From NCBI GenBank assembly GCA_964566505.1, contig CAZMIM010000003.1, positions 16,463 through 80,462 on the forward strand: a stretch of DNA of 64,000 bases, read 5' to 3'. The notes beneath the pieces are model-generated. The model ran no database searches. It saw only the letters and a list, made by a program, of their open reading frames with translations, and was not told the DNA's origin. Shown here piece by piece: positions 48,181-56,739 of this stretch (position 1 is its first letter; the number at the start of each line of letters is the position of its first letter). The position numbers and the translations under genes are program-made. Origin of the DNA: an uncultured Candidatus Saccharibacteria bacterium (GTDB taxonomy: Bacteria; Patescibacteriota; Minisyncoccia; Phycocordibacterales; PCTT01).

Positions 48181-48999
48181 TTAGTTTTTATATTCTTGCT
48201 CTTTTTTACCCTCAGGAATAACTTTTTTAATAACAAGTTCTCCGTCTTTCATTTCAGCCTCGGTAATAATGATTCGTTTATTGTTCTCATCAAAGAAATA
48301 TGCTCTAGGCCACTCACTATACGCTCTTATTTTAAGAAGGTTTTTATATGCGTCATCAGAGAGGTTTATCTCTGCATCCTCTTTTTTAATCTTTGTACAA
48401 AATGTTGCTTGTTCATGGTCTTGCTCCTGTGGCTCTAGCGCTCCTTCAACCCACTCTGTGATAGTTCTACATAATAGCTCTCCACCAGATTCTGCGAGCA
48501 ATGTACGAAGCTCGTTTGCACGCATTGGCCAATATGGAGTATCGACTACTTCTTGCTCAAGTATTGGACCGTGGTCCATTTTCTCATCCATAAGCATAAT
48601 AGTGACACCCGCAAACTCTTCGTCATTTAAAATCTGTGCCTCTATAGGAGAAGCTCCACGCCATTTTGGAAGTAGGGAAGGATGAACATTAAGTGTTTTG
48701 TGTTTTGGCACATAAAGCACTTCTTTTGGCATTATTTTTCCATATGATGCCACCACAGCTATGTCGGGACTATATTCGCTATATTTTGAAAGAAAATCTG
48801 CATCAAGAGATTCTGGTTGCCACACCTCTATATTATTTTTTTCTGCCCACACTTTTACATCAGGTGATTGAAGTTCAAGTCCACGACCGGCTTTTCTGTC
48901 GGGCATTGTTATTACAAGAAATGGCGCCAGGTCATATTCATGAAGTTTTTCTAAAATATTTACAGAGAAATCATCTGTTCCAAAAAATACTAATTTCAT
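48181..48999 (-). CDS. fmt: methionyl-tRNA formyltransferase
   Basis: MKLVFFGTDDFSV, PDRKAGRG, NVHPSLLPKWRGASPI (SLLP motif); C-terminal domain present. Confidence 0.88.
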   Translation of the reverse strand: MKLVFFGTDDFSVNILEKLHEYDLAPFLVITMPDRKAGRGLELQSPDVKVWAEKNNIEVWQPESLDADFLSKYSEYSPDIAVVASYGKIMPKEVLYVPKHKTLNVHPSLLPKWRGASPIEAQILNDEEFAGVTIMLMDEKMDHGPILEQEVVDTPYWPMRANELRTLLAESGGELLCRTITEWVEGALEPQEQDHEQATFCTKIKKEDAEINLSDDAYKNLLKIRAYSEWPRAYFFDENNKRIIITEAEMKDGELVIKKVIPEGKKEQEYKN

Positions 49000-49033
49000 T
49001 TTTGTATTATCATTTTTATTCATAATATACTTT

Positions 49034-49300
49034 TTATTCCAAAGTTCTGCAGAACTTGAGAGCTCGGTTTCCAAGTTTTGTTAGTTTGTATCTAACACTA
49101 TGACCCTCGTTCCTTTTCATAACTAATCCAGTAAGTGTGAGCTTTCTCATGTGTTCTCCAGTGGTTCTAAAGTCTATATTTAATTTTTCTGCGATTTCAA
49201 TATTGGATAATTCGGGTGTTTTGGCGAGCAGGCTCATGACTTCTATTCTCCTATGGTTTGCGAATCCTTTTATTATTTTTTCTATATTTTTGTATCGCAT
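49034..49300 (-). CDS. ArsR/SmtB-like winged-helix transcriptional regulator
   Basis: 88 aa; HTH in ELSNIEIAEKLNIDFRTTGEHMRKLTLTGLV; located between def and fmt. Confidence 0.55.
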   Translation of the reverse strand: MRYKNIEKIIKGFANHRRIEVMSLLAKTPELSNIEIAEKLNIDFRTTGEHMRKLTLTGLVMKRNEGHSVRYKLTKLGNRALKFCRTLE

Positions 49301-49332
49301 ATTTAATCCTAGGTTCTGCAGAAATTGAGAAG

Positions 49333-49842
49333 TTATTCTTTTGGCGGATCATACTCCTCAAGGTCATTTGCTTTGTCTACAAAAAGAATCCCATCGAGGT
49401 GGTCTATTTCATGTTGAAATATTTGAGCCACAAGCCCACTACCTCCCATTTGAAATTTCTCTCCATTCTCATCAAGCGCTTCTACTGTGGCTTGCTTGGC
49501 TCGGTCTACTTTTCCATACCACCAGCGCACCGAGAGACATCCTTCTTCCATCGGAACCTTTTCTTTTGACTGGTTTGTAATTTCTGGATTTATAAAAACC
49601 TTACTTTTTGTGTAGTCATATAGCTCTTCTTCTTTTTTGAGTACTTTGTGTGATATTACAAAAATTCTCACTGACTCATTGATTTGAGGTGCAGCAATAG
49701 CCACCCCATCCTCTTGTCCGTGGAGTGTTTCTTTCATTTCATGTATTACACCTTGGATGTAGTCGCTCTTTATCTCATCAGGAGATACAACTCTTGCTAC
49801 TTCTCTTAGTGTTTCGTGTCCTTTTTGAATAATCTCTTTCAT
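49333..49842 (-). CDS. def: peptide deformylase
   Basis: GVAIAAPQI (motif 1), EGCLS (motif 2), QHEIDHLDG (motif 3). Confidence 0.9.
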   Translation of the reverse strand: MKEIIQKGHETLREVARVVSPDEIKSDYIQGVIHEMKETLHGQEDGVAIAAPQINESVRIFVISHKVLKKEEELYDYTKSKVFINPEITNQSKEKVPMEEGCLSVRWWYGKVDRAKQATVEALDENGEKFQMGGSGLVAQIFQHEIDHLDGILFVDKANDLEEYDPPKE

Positions 49843-49861
49843 TTACTCTATTCTACGTTGT

Positions 49862-49978
49862 GGCGGGATAAAAACAAAGCGCCCGGGCCGTTTTCCTATC
49901 TCCTCTTTGAAGATTCAGAAACGACGCGGGCGCTTGCGTGGAACGGGACTTTCCCGCCTTAAGCCACAGTCACGCATC
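49862..49978. ncRNA. candidate structured RNA: GC-rich roughly 115-nt nested hairpin immediately upstream of def
   Basis: GTGGCGGGA...TCCCGCC..GCCAC outer stem and AAGCGCCCG/CGGGCGCTT inner stem. GC content far above the surrounding AT-rich DNA; no ORF. Confidence 0.4.
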
Positions 49979-50026
49979 ATGAGCATGACGAACTTACTTT
50001 AAATTATAAACAAGGTCTGTCAATAC

Positions 50027-50293
50027 TTATTGCTTTAGGAGCCAATTGAAAAGCGCTTGAGGGTTTTTGCCAGACTGAGCTTTTTTTATAAGGCTGTGCA
50101 TATCTTTTGGTGAATATTTTTTAAGCCGTCCGTTCCAGTATTTGTAACGCACTTTTGATTTTGAAGTTTCTTTTTTGTATGGCTCACCCATAAATGCCAT
50201 AACTGCATGTATCGCTTCTTGGCGTTCGTTCTCGATAGAGATTTTTCGCTTTTTCTCTAAATATTCTTCTGGGCTTGGTAGATCCATATACAT
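50027..50293 (-). CDS. hypothetical protein
   Basis: 88 aa, basic C-terminal half; no motif recognised. Confidence 0.3.
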   Translation of the reverse strand: MYMDLPSPEEYLEKKRKISIENERQEAIHAVMAFMGEPYKKETSKSKVRYKYWNGRLKKYSPKDMHSLIKKAQSGKNPQALFNWLLKQ

Positions 50294-50367
50294 ATTATAT
50301 AGACATAGAGTACAAGAAAAAACAACATATATTTGCGTTCCTTTTAAAACGCAATTACTATATATTC

Positions 50368-51381
50368 ATGTCTTTTTTCTCAAAGCAACTTGGAATTGAT
50401 CTTGGTACTGCAAACACACTCGTGTTTTCACCAGGAGAGGGAATAATACTAAATGAGCCATCAGTAGTGGCGGTATCGCTCGATGACAATAAAGTGGTGG
50501 CGGTAGGTCTTGAAGCAAAACAAATGGTTGGGCGAACCCCTGACAACATCGTGGCGTACAGGCCTATGAAAGATGGAGTTATAGCTGACTATCGTGTGAC
50601 CGAGGCTATGCTTTCGTACTATATAAATAAAGCACTTGGTAAGTGGAACTTTTTCAAACCAGAAGTGCTCGTGTCGGTGCCAGCGGGAGTAACATCTACA
50701 GAGCGACGTGCGGTGGTAGAGGCGGCCATAAAGGCGGGTGCAAAAAATGCATATATTGTAAAAGAGCCTATTCTTGCAGCTATTGGCGCTGGTGTACCTA
50801 TTCATGAAGCGCAGGGGCACATGATTGTTGATATTGGCGGAGGTACTACAGATGTTGCGGTGATTTCGCTTGGAGGGATTGTTGCATCAACATCTGTGAA
50901 ATGTGCTGGAACACGAGTGGATCATGCGATTATGGATTATGTAAAGAAAACATTTAACCTATCTATAGGAGAGAAAACAGCAGAGCATATAAAAATCACA
51001 GTAGGTTCTGCGGTGTCCATGGACGAAGAGCTTGTAATGAAAATAAAAGGACGAGACTTTGTTACAGGGCTTCCGCGTACTACAGAAATCACTACAAATG
51101 AAATAGTAAAAGCTATACGAAAAGAGCTTCGTGAAATGATAAAGGCCATAAAAGACGTGCTTCAAGACACTCCACCAGAGCTTGCATCAGATATTATCGA
51201 CATAGGAATTCTGATGACAGGAGGTTCTTCTCAACTTCGCCACTTCCCAGAGCTCGTATACAGACGAACAGGCGTGCGGGCACGACTCGCAAAAGATCCT
51301 CTTTATTGTGTAGTGAAGGGGACGGGTGTTGCTCTTGAGCATCTTGATACATACAAGAAGAGCATCGTAGCTAAACGGTAA
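50368..51381 (+). CDS. mreB: rod-shape determining protein MreB (copy 1)
   Basis: GIDLGTANTLVF, actin-fold phosphate motifs DIGGGTTD, GGSS.L; 337 aa. Confidence 0.9.
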   Translation: MSFFSKQLGIDLGTANTLVFSPGEGIILNEPSVVAVSLDDNKVVAVGLEAKQMVGRTPDNIVAYRPMKDGVIADYRVTEAMLSYYINKALGKWNFFKPEVLVSVPAGVTSTERRAVVEAAIKAGAKNAYIVKEPILAAIGAGVPIHEAQGHMIVDIGGGTTDVAVISLGGIVASTSVKCAGTRVDHAIMDYVKKTFNLSIGEKTAEHIKITVGSAVSMDEELVMKIKGRDFVTGLPRTTEITTNEIVKAIRKELREMIKAIKDVLQDTPPELASDIIDIGILMTGGSSQLRHFPELVYRRTGVRARLAKDPLYCVVKGTGVALEHLDTYKKSIVAKR

Positions 51382-51382
51382 T

Positions 51383-52051
51383 ATGAATATAAACACAGAC
51401 AGCCTCCATCACGCATATCTTCTCGAGGGCGATATTTCGTATACACGCAATCAGGTGCGTGATTTTTTAAAAAATAAACTTGAAATGGATGTCTTGGGGA
51501 ATGCAGATGTGCGAGACGAACATATCGACACACTCACAATCGATAAGGCGCGGGAAATTGCTACTGCACAACAAAGAAAATCATTTAACTCTCGTTATGT
51601 ATTTGTGCTCTCGTTTGCACAAGCGACCACCGAAGCACAAAATGCACTACTTAAAACATTTGAAGAGCCAGCAGTAGATACACACTTTTTTGTGATTGTG
51701 CCATCTGTTTCTGTTTTGATACCTACACTTCAGTCACGTCTTGTATATGTGGAGTCTGGTATTGGAGACTCAGAAGAGAAAGATACAGTAGCTAAGTTTA
51801 TAAAATCTTCTACAAAAGAGCGTATGGATATTGTGGGTGGACTACTCGAAGAGAAAAGGAAAGAGAGATATGTCGCATTTGTGCAAGAGCTTCAAAGATG
51901 CATATATGATTCTCATAAAAAAAGCAGAGACACAAAAAATATTCACAACCTTGAACTTACACACAACACTCTCTCATACCTATCTGATAGAGGGGCTTCT
52001 CCCAAAATACTACTCGAGCGTCTGGCCGTGTCGTTTGAGAATATGGTATAG
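51383..52051 (+). CDS. DNA polymerase III delta-prime-like protein lacking the N-terminal ATPase core
   Basis: AQNALLKTFEEPAVDTHFFVIV...IPTLQSRL corresponds to the HolB sensor-1 and box VII region; no Walker A. Confidence 0.5.
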   Translation: MNINTDSLHHAYLLEGDISYTRNQVRDFLKNKLEMDVLGNADVRDEHIDTLTIDKAREIATAQQRKSFNSRYVFVLSFAQATTEAQNALLKTFEEPAVDTHFFVIVPSVSVLIPTLQSRLVYVESGIGDSEEKDTVAKFIKSSTKERMDIVGGLLEEKRKERYVAFVQELQRCIYDSHKKSRDTKNIHNLELTHNTLSYLSDRGASPKILLERLAVSFENMV

Positions 52052-52077
52052 TAGCCACCATATAACACATACAATAT

Positions 52078-52626
52078 ATGACATCAATAAATACATTAGA
52101 TACCAAAATAGATGAGGTGCGTGATTGGCTCACAAAAGAGTTTTCAGCAGTTCGTTCAGGGCGCGCAAGCGTGGCGCTTCTTGATTCTGTTCGCGTTGAC
52201 TCATATGGTTCAAAGGTTCCTCTAAACCAGGTAGGAAATATTACTGTAGAGGACGCACGAACTATTCGTGTGGTGCCTTGGGATACAAGCTTGATTGCAG
52301 AGATTGAAAAGGGTGTAGAGCGCGCAGATCTTGGTGTTTCATCTTCTTCAGATGAAAAAGGTGTACGAATTGCATTTCCAGCACTTACAGAGGAGACACG
52401 AGGAAATATCATTAAGATTGCTAAAGGCAAGCTGGAGCAGGGACGCATTTCTCTTAGAAGTCTTCGAGATGATGTATGGGGTGAGATACAGAACCAAGAA
52501 AAGAATGGGGATATTTCAGAAGACGAAAAATTCCGACTCAAAGAAGAGATGGAAAAGAAAATAAAAAAAGCACAAGACGATTTTGATGCACTCTATGCTA
52601 AAAAAGAGGCTGAAATCGCAGGCTAA
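52078..52626 (+). CDS. frr: ribosome recycling factor
   Basis: 182 aa; RSGRASVALLDSVRVDSYG and IRVAFPALTEETR blocks. Confidence 0.9.
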   Translation: MTSINTLDTKIDEVRDWLTKEFSAVRSGRASVALLDSVRVDSYGSKVPLNQVGNITVEDARTIRVVPWDTSLIAEIEKGVERADLGVSSSSDEKGVRIAFPALTEETRGNIIKIAKGKLEQGRISLRSLRDDVWGEIQNQEKNGDISEDEKFRLKEEMEKKIKKAQDDFDALYAKKEAEIAG

Positions 52627-52635
52627 TACACAACT

Positions 52636-53742
52636 ATGACAATTATTATATTTATTATAGTCCTCGCAGTTTTGATTATTGTTCACGAGCTAGGACACTT
52701 TCTATTTGCAAAAACGCGAGGTATTCGTGTAGATGAGTTTGGTCTTGGATTTCCTCCTCGTATTTGGGGTTACAAACCAAAAGGTGGTGAGACTCTTTAC
52801 TCACTAAACAGTATTCCTTTTGGAGGTTTTGTAAGAATATTTGGAGAAAATCCACTTGAGGCGGATGAGATTTCTGGTGCAGACAAAAAGCGAAGCTTTG
52901 CGCACAAGTCACGATGGACACAGGCGTCTGTTTTGTTTGGTGGAGTTTTGTTTAATTTTATTTTTGCATGGCTACTGTTTTCTCTTGGGTTTCTTTCAGG
53001 TTTACCATATGCAGAGACGGGGCGGTATGCAGATAGGGTAGAAGAGCCTCGAGTTCTTATAACAAATGTTTTAGCAGATTCACCGGCAGCACAAGTAGGA
53101 TTTTTGCCAGGTGATGAGATTCTATTTGTTGAATCAAAAACATCATCACTTCAAGACGGAGAGCTGTCAGTTCCAAATATTGTTGGCGCAATACAGAGAA
53201 GTCAGGGGAATCCACTTACTATTTTAGTACGACGCGGAGACACTACATTTAACGGCACACCAACACCCGAGGTGGGTATAGTGGGAGAAGAGTATGGTAT
53301 TGGTATCGCGATGACAAAAGCAGGTACACTGCAGTTGCCCGTACATCACGCTATTGCAGAAGGATTTCGACTTACGGTTTCAATGACGAAGGATGTAACA
53401 GTTGGTTTGTTTGGGGTTATTTATGATGCAGTAAGTGGTAATGGAGGACTTTCAAACCTTACAGGCCCTGTGGGGGTTGCTGGCTTGGTGGGCGATGCGT
53501 CACGGCTTGGCTTTGTACATCTTCTTTCATTCACTGCATTTATCTCTATTCACCTTGCGGTTCTAAACCTTATTCCGTTTCCAGCGCTTGATGGAGGACG
53601 ACTACTATTTTTGGCAATAGAAGGTGTTCGAAGAAGGCGAATTTCACCGAAAGTATTTGCGGTAGTAAATACAATTGGCTTTGCACTTCTGATGATGCTA
53701 CTCTTGGTGGTTACATATAAAGATATTGCGAGACTACTTTAA
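52636..53742 (+). CDS. rseP: RIP site-2 zinc metalloprotease RseP
   Basis: HELGHF (HExxH) in TM1, PDZ domain, and C-terminal LNLIPFPALDGG motif. Confidence 0.88.
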   Translation: MTIIIFIIVLAVLIIVHELGHFLFAKTRGIRVDEFGLGFPPRIWGYKPKGGETLYSLNSIPFGGFVRIFGENPLEADEISGADKKRSFAHKSRWTQASVLFGGVLFNFIFAWLLFSLGFLSGLPYAETGRYADRVEEPRVLITNVLADSPAAQVGFLPGDEILFVESKTSSLQDGELSVPNIVGAIQRSQGNPLTILVRRGDTTFNGTPTPEVGIVGEEYGIGIAMTKAGTLQLPVHHAIAEGFRLTVSMTKDVTVGLFGVIYDAVSGNGGLSNLTGPVGVAGLVGDASRLGFVHLLSFTAFISIHLAVLNLIPFPALDGGRLLFLAIEGVRRRRISPKVFAVVNTIGFALLMMLLLVVTYKDIARLL

Positions 53743-53744
53743 AT

Positions 53745-53812
53745 TAAAAACAGCTCATATATGAGCTGTTTTTTTATATAAAAAAGCGGAGGTCCAAGTT
53801 TTGGACCTCCGC
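53745..53812. terminator. two adjacent hairpins (ACAGCTCAT-ATA-TGAGCTGTT plus T-run; GCGGAGGTCCAA-GTTT-TGGACCTCCGC)
   Basis: Perfect stems at the boundary between the rseP operon and the GC-rich island. Confidence 0.7.
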
Positions 53813-53836
53813 GTGGCGGAATGTAGTTTTCCGAGG

Positions 53837-54163
53837 TTACGTAGGGTGTGTTCTGAAAGACCATCGTATTGGCGTAGGTCTCCAGAACACAATACCGACA
53901 ACTATCTGCTGAATTGCATTCCAGATACGTTGAAGCTGTTCCTGGGCTGTGATTCGTTTGTGCAGAGGCAGTAACGCTTGATAGTTTACAGCGCCGTCGA
54001 AACGGTCGTCCGTACCATTTGTTAATGCCGCATCAAAAGAGACCAGGTAGATCTCATACGTATCTGGATAGGCCGTGTCTTCCGACATGAGCCGTTCGTA
54101 TTCAGATAATAGGTCGATTCCTCCGTGAACCCCAGGTAGTAGCAGTGCGAGCGTCGCAAGCAT
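53837..54163 (-). CDS. hypothetical protein encoded in GC-rich island
   Basis: 108 aa ORF with GC-rich codon usage unlike the host genes; no motif. Confidence 0.3.
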   Translation of the reverse strand: MLATLALLLPGVHGGIDLLSEYERLMSEDTAYPDTYEIYLVSFDAALTNGTDDRFDGAVNYQALLPLHKRITAQEQLQRIWNAIQQIVVGIVFWRPTPIRWSFRTHPT

Positions 54164-54283
54164 ATACCGTGTGGGCTTTTGGTTTTCCGGTAAAAGAACA
54201 TTCGACCAAAAGACATCTGACGCAGTAATGCATCTCTTAGGGTCGGACTATCTAATATACAAAAAAGAATAAAATAATGCAAC

Positions 54284-54335
54284 AAAAAAGCGGGGCTCAG
54301 AACTGAAACTGTGTTCAGAACTGAACCCCGCAAGA
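54284..54335 (-). terminator. intrinsic terminator for the island secreted-protein gene
   Basis: GCGGGGTTCAGTTCTGAACACAGTTTCAGTTCTGAGCCCCGC hairpin plus TTTTTTGTT on the minus strand. Confidence 0.65.
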
Positions 54336-54407
54336 TTCATGTAATGCCCAATTACCCTAGACTTTCAAGGGGTGGTGGTTACGGAAGACTCGGCCGAGAA
54401 CCAGGAG

Positions 54408-55289
54408 CTACAGCAACTGGTTGAAGGCCGGGTCGTCGTCTGCGTGAACGGGTACCGTCGTAAGGGCCATCGCGTTCGCCATGCAAGAAGGCGTCATGAT
54501 ATGCGATCGGTCCTTGTCGTCCGCGGTTCGTGCCTGTTGGGTGGTCGTACGTGCAATAGCGTCCCCAATCGTGGAATTCGCGTAGTCCGTACCTACTGCA
54601 TCGTCGGTCAGCTGACCGGTCGGTGTCGTAATCTCCGAGACTGCATCCTGCTTCATGCCGGATTGCTGTCCCTGGGTCGTCATGGCTTGACCGCCAGAGT
54701 CGATGATCACCGCAGCGTAGTTACCCGTCGTTGGGTTGTCGATGTATTCCTGGATCGTAACGGGTTGTCGACAAGTGCTGACCACAAGCTCGTCGTTGTC
54801 CAGAGTACCACCGGCACTCTTGTCCATCGTGGCGCCCTCGAAGTTGCTTTTGGTGCCAATGAACTCTCCGCCGGAGAATTCGTCGACCTCGGCAACATGG
54901 GTGCTGTAGTCACGCACGCCGACCGAAGTCGTCGGGTGTACGATGGCGTCGGACGGAACTGGGTTGATGTCAAATACAGAAGTATTCAGAGTGAAGGATG
55001 CCGGCCAGTTGGTATGGGCGAAGCCCAACACCTCCATGGACGTATCGTCCATCTTTACCGCATGAACCGTAGCGACGAACTCGACCGACATGTTGAAGTC
55101 AGTCGTACCGGACATGACTACTCCCGATGATGCAGGAACGATGGCCGTAGACGTGGTATGAACCTCTCCGTTGGTGAACACCGTACCGGTGTCATAATCG
55201 AAGGTGTACGCAAGTGTGGTCGTGGGTCCGAATGCCGTCAGCATTAGGACCGCCAGACACGGAAGGATCAGCAGGGAGCGGATCTTCAT
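54408..55289 (-). CDS. Thr/Ser-rich secreted protein in GC-rich island (start at MKIRSLLILPCLAVL)
   Basis: Signal peptide, then a low-complexity T/S/G/D-rich sequence. GC-rich third positions contrast with neighbouring genes. Confidence 0.55.
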   Translation of the reverse strand: MKIRSLLILPCLAVLMLTAFGPTTTLAYTFDYDTGTVFTNGEVHTTSTAIVPASSGVVMSGTTDFNMSVEFVATVHAVKMDDTSMEVLGFAHTNWPASFTLNTSVFDINPVPSDAIVHPTTSVGVRDYSTHVAEVDEFSGGEFIGTKSNFEGATMDKSAGGTLDNDELVVSTCRQPVTIQEYIDNPTTGNYAAVIIDSGGQAMTTQGQQSGMKQDAVSEITTPTGQLTDDAVGTDYANSTIGDAIARTTTQQARTADDKDRSHIMTPSCMANAMALTTVPVHADDDPAFNQLL

Positions 55290-55503
55290 GTGATACACCA
55301 TTTGTTGGGTGAAAAGAACGTGGAATGGTACGCATACTTCTAGGAAAAACCGAGTTGTAGTACGTATTAGGGAAAATGATATCAAAAAATAGTATTTTGT
55401 CAAACAATATTTGTGGAGAGGTGTCAAGATTTGTAAAAATAGCCTCTTTTGACCCTGTATCTGCTTTCAAGTACAATTACCATACATTAAAGAGAGGCTA
55501 AAA

Positions 55504-56739
55504 ATGAGACAATCACAACTACTTACTAAAACACGAAAAGAAGCACCATCTGACGAGGTTTCAAAAAACGCTCAGTTACTTATTCAGGGCGGGTTTATTC
55601 ACAAAGAAATGGCAGGAGTATACGCACTTCTTCCACTTGGTGTTCGTGTGATAAAGAATATAGAAGAGATAATTCGCCAAGAAATGAATGCTGTTGGAGG
55701 GCAGGAGATTCAAATGACAGCACTTCAAGATCCAGAGCCATGGGAAAAGTCTGGTAGGTGGAGCAATGAAGTTATGGATGTTTGGTTTAAAACAGAGCTT
55801 CAGTCTGGTGGGTCTCTAGGGCTTGCACCTACTCATGAAGAGCCACTTACAAAGCTCCTCACAAACCATATAAACTCTTACAAAGACCTACCAGTGTATC
55901 CGTACCAGTTTCAAACGAAGTTTAGAAATGAGCTTCGTGCAAAGAGCGGTATTATGCGCGGACGAGAGTTTCTAATGAAAGACCTTTACTCATTCTCTTT
56001 GAACGAAGAGCAACACAATGATTTTTATGAAGAGATGAAAGTTGCTTATACAAATGTTTTTAATCGCCTAGGTCTTGGAGATATTACATATCTTACATAC
56101 GCATCAGGTGGCTCATTCTCACCATTTTCACATGAGTTTCAAACATTAACTGATGCTGGAGAGGATATTATTCATATTTGTAATCAGTGTAAGGTGGCTG
56201 TAAATGAGGAGATAATCGAGACACACAATACATGTCCAGAGTGTGATGCAAATGATTTGCAAAAAGAAAAAGCTGTTGAGGTTGGAAACATTTTCTCTCT
56301 TGGTACAAAATTCTCTGATGCACTTTCACTCACATACACAGACTCAGACGGAGCGCATAAAAAGGTTGTGATGGGGAGCTATGGAATTGGACTTGGGCGC
56401 GTAATGGGAACAGTGGTGGAGACTCTTTCTGATGATAATGGAATAGTGTGGCCAGAAGAGATTGCACCATTTAGAGTTCACCTTATTTCACTTGGACAAA
56501 ACGAAGAAGCAGAAAAGCTTTATGATGAGCTAACTTCAAGAGGGGTAGAAGTTCTATATGACGATAGGGATTGTTCTGCTGGAGAGAAGTTTTCTGACTC
56601 TGACCTGCTTGGTATTCCATGCAGAGTAGTTATAAGTGCAAAGACGCTTGAGAAAGATGCACTTGAAGTAAAGAGAAGAGACTCAAGCGATGCAGAGTTT
56701 ATTAAGGATACAGAACTATTTAACAGACTGAAGGCATGA
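55504..56739 (+). CDS. proS: proline--tRNA ligase, short form without INS editing domain
   Basis: N-terminal QLLTKTRKEAPSDEVSKNAQLLIQGGFIHKEMAGVYALLPLG, class II motifs, C-terminal anticodon-binding domain; a CNQC..CPEC insertion. Confidence 0.85.
   Translation: MRQSQLLTKTRKEAPSDEVSKNAQLLIQGGFIHKEMAGVYALLPLGVRVIKNIEEIIRQEMNAVGGQEIQMTALQDPEPWEKSGRWSNEVMDVWFKTELQSGGSLGLAPTHEEPLTKLLTNHINSYKDLPVYPYQFQTKFRNELRAKSGIMRGREFLMKDLYSFSLNEEQHNDFYEEMKVAYTNVFNRLGLGDITYLTYASGGSFSPFSHEFQTLTDAGEDIIHICNQCKVAVNEEIIETHNTCPECDANDLQKEKAVEVGNIFSLGTKFSDALSLTYTDSDGAHKKVVMGSYGIGLGRVMGTVVETLSDDNGIVWPEEIAPFRVHLISLGQNEEAEKLYDELTSRGVEVLYDDRDCSAGEKFSDSDLLGIPCRVVISAKTLEKDALEVKRRDSSDAEFIKDTELFNRLKA

Noticed and set aside
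47904-48221. 105-aa ORF in the GC-rich intergenic region
   Set aside because: No start context and atypical composition, and it overlaps the fmt terminator hairpins. The region is better explained as noncoding or structured RNA.
54372-55130. 252-aa Arg-rich plus-strand ORF in the GC-rich island
   Set aside because: Antisense to the better-supported secreted-protein gene, which has a signal peptide, terminator and start context. Long open frames on both strands are expected in GC-rich DNA.
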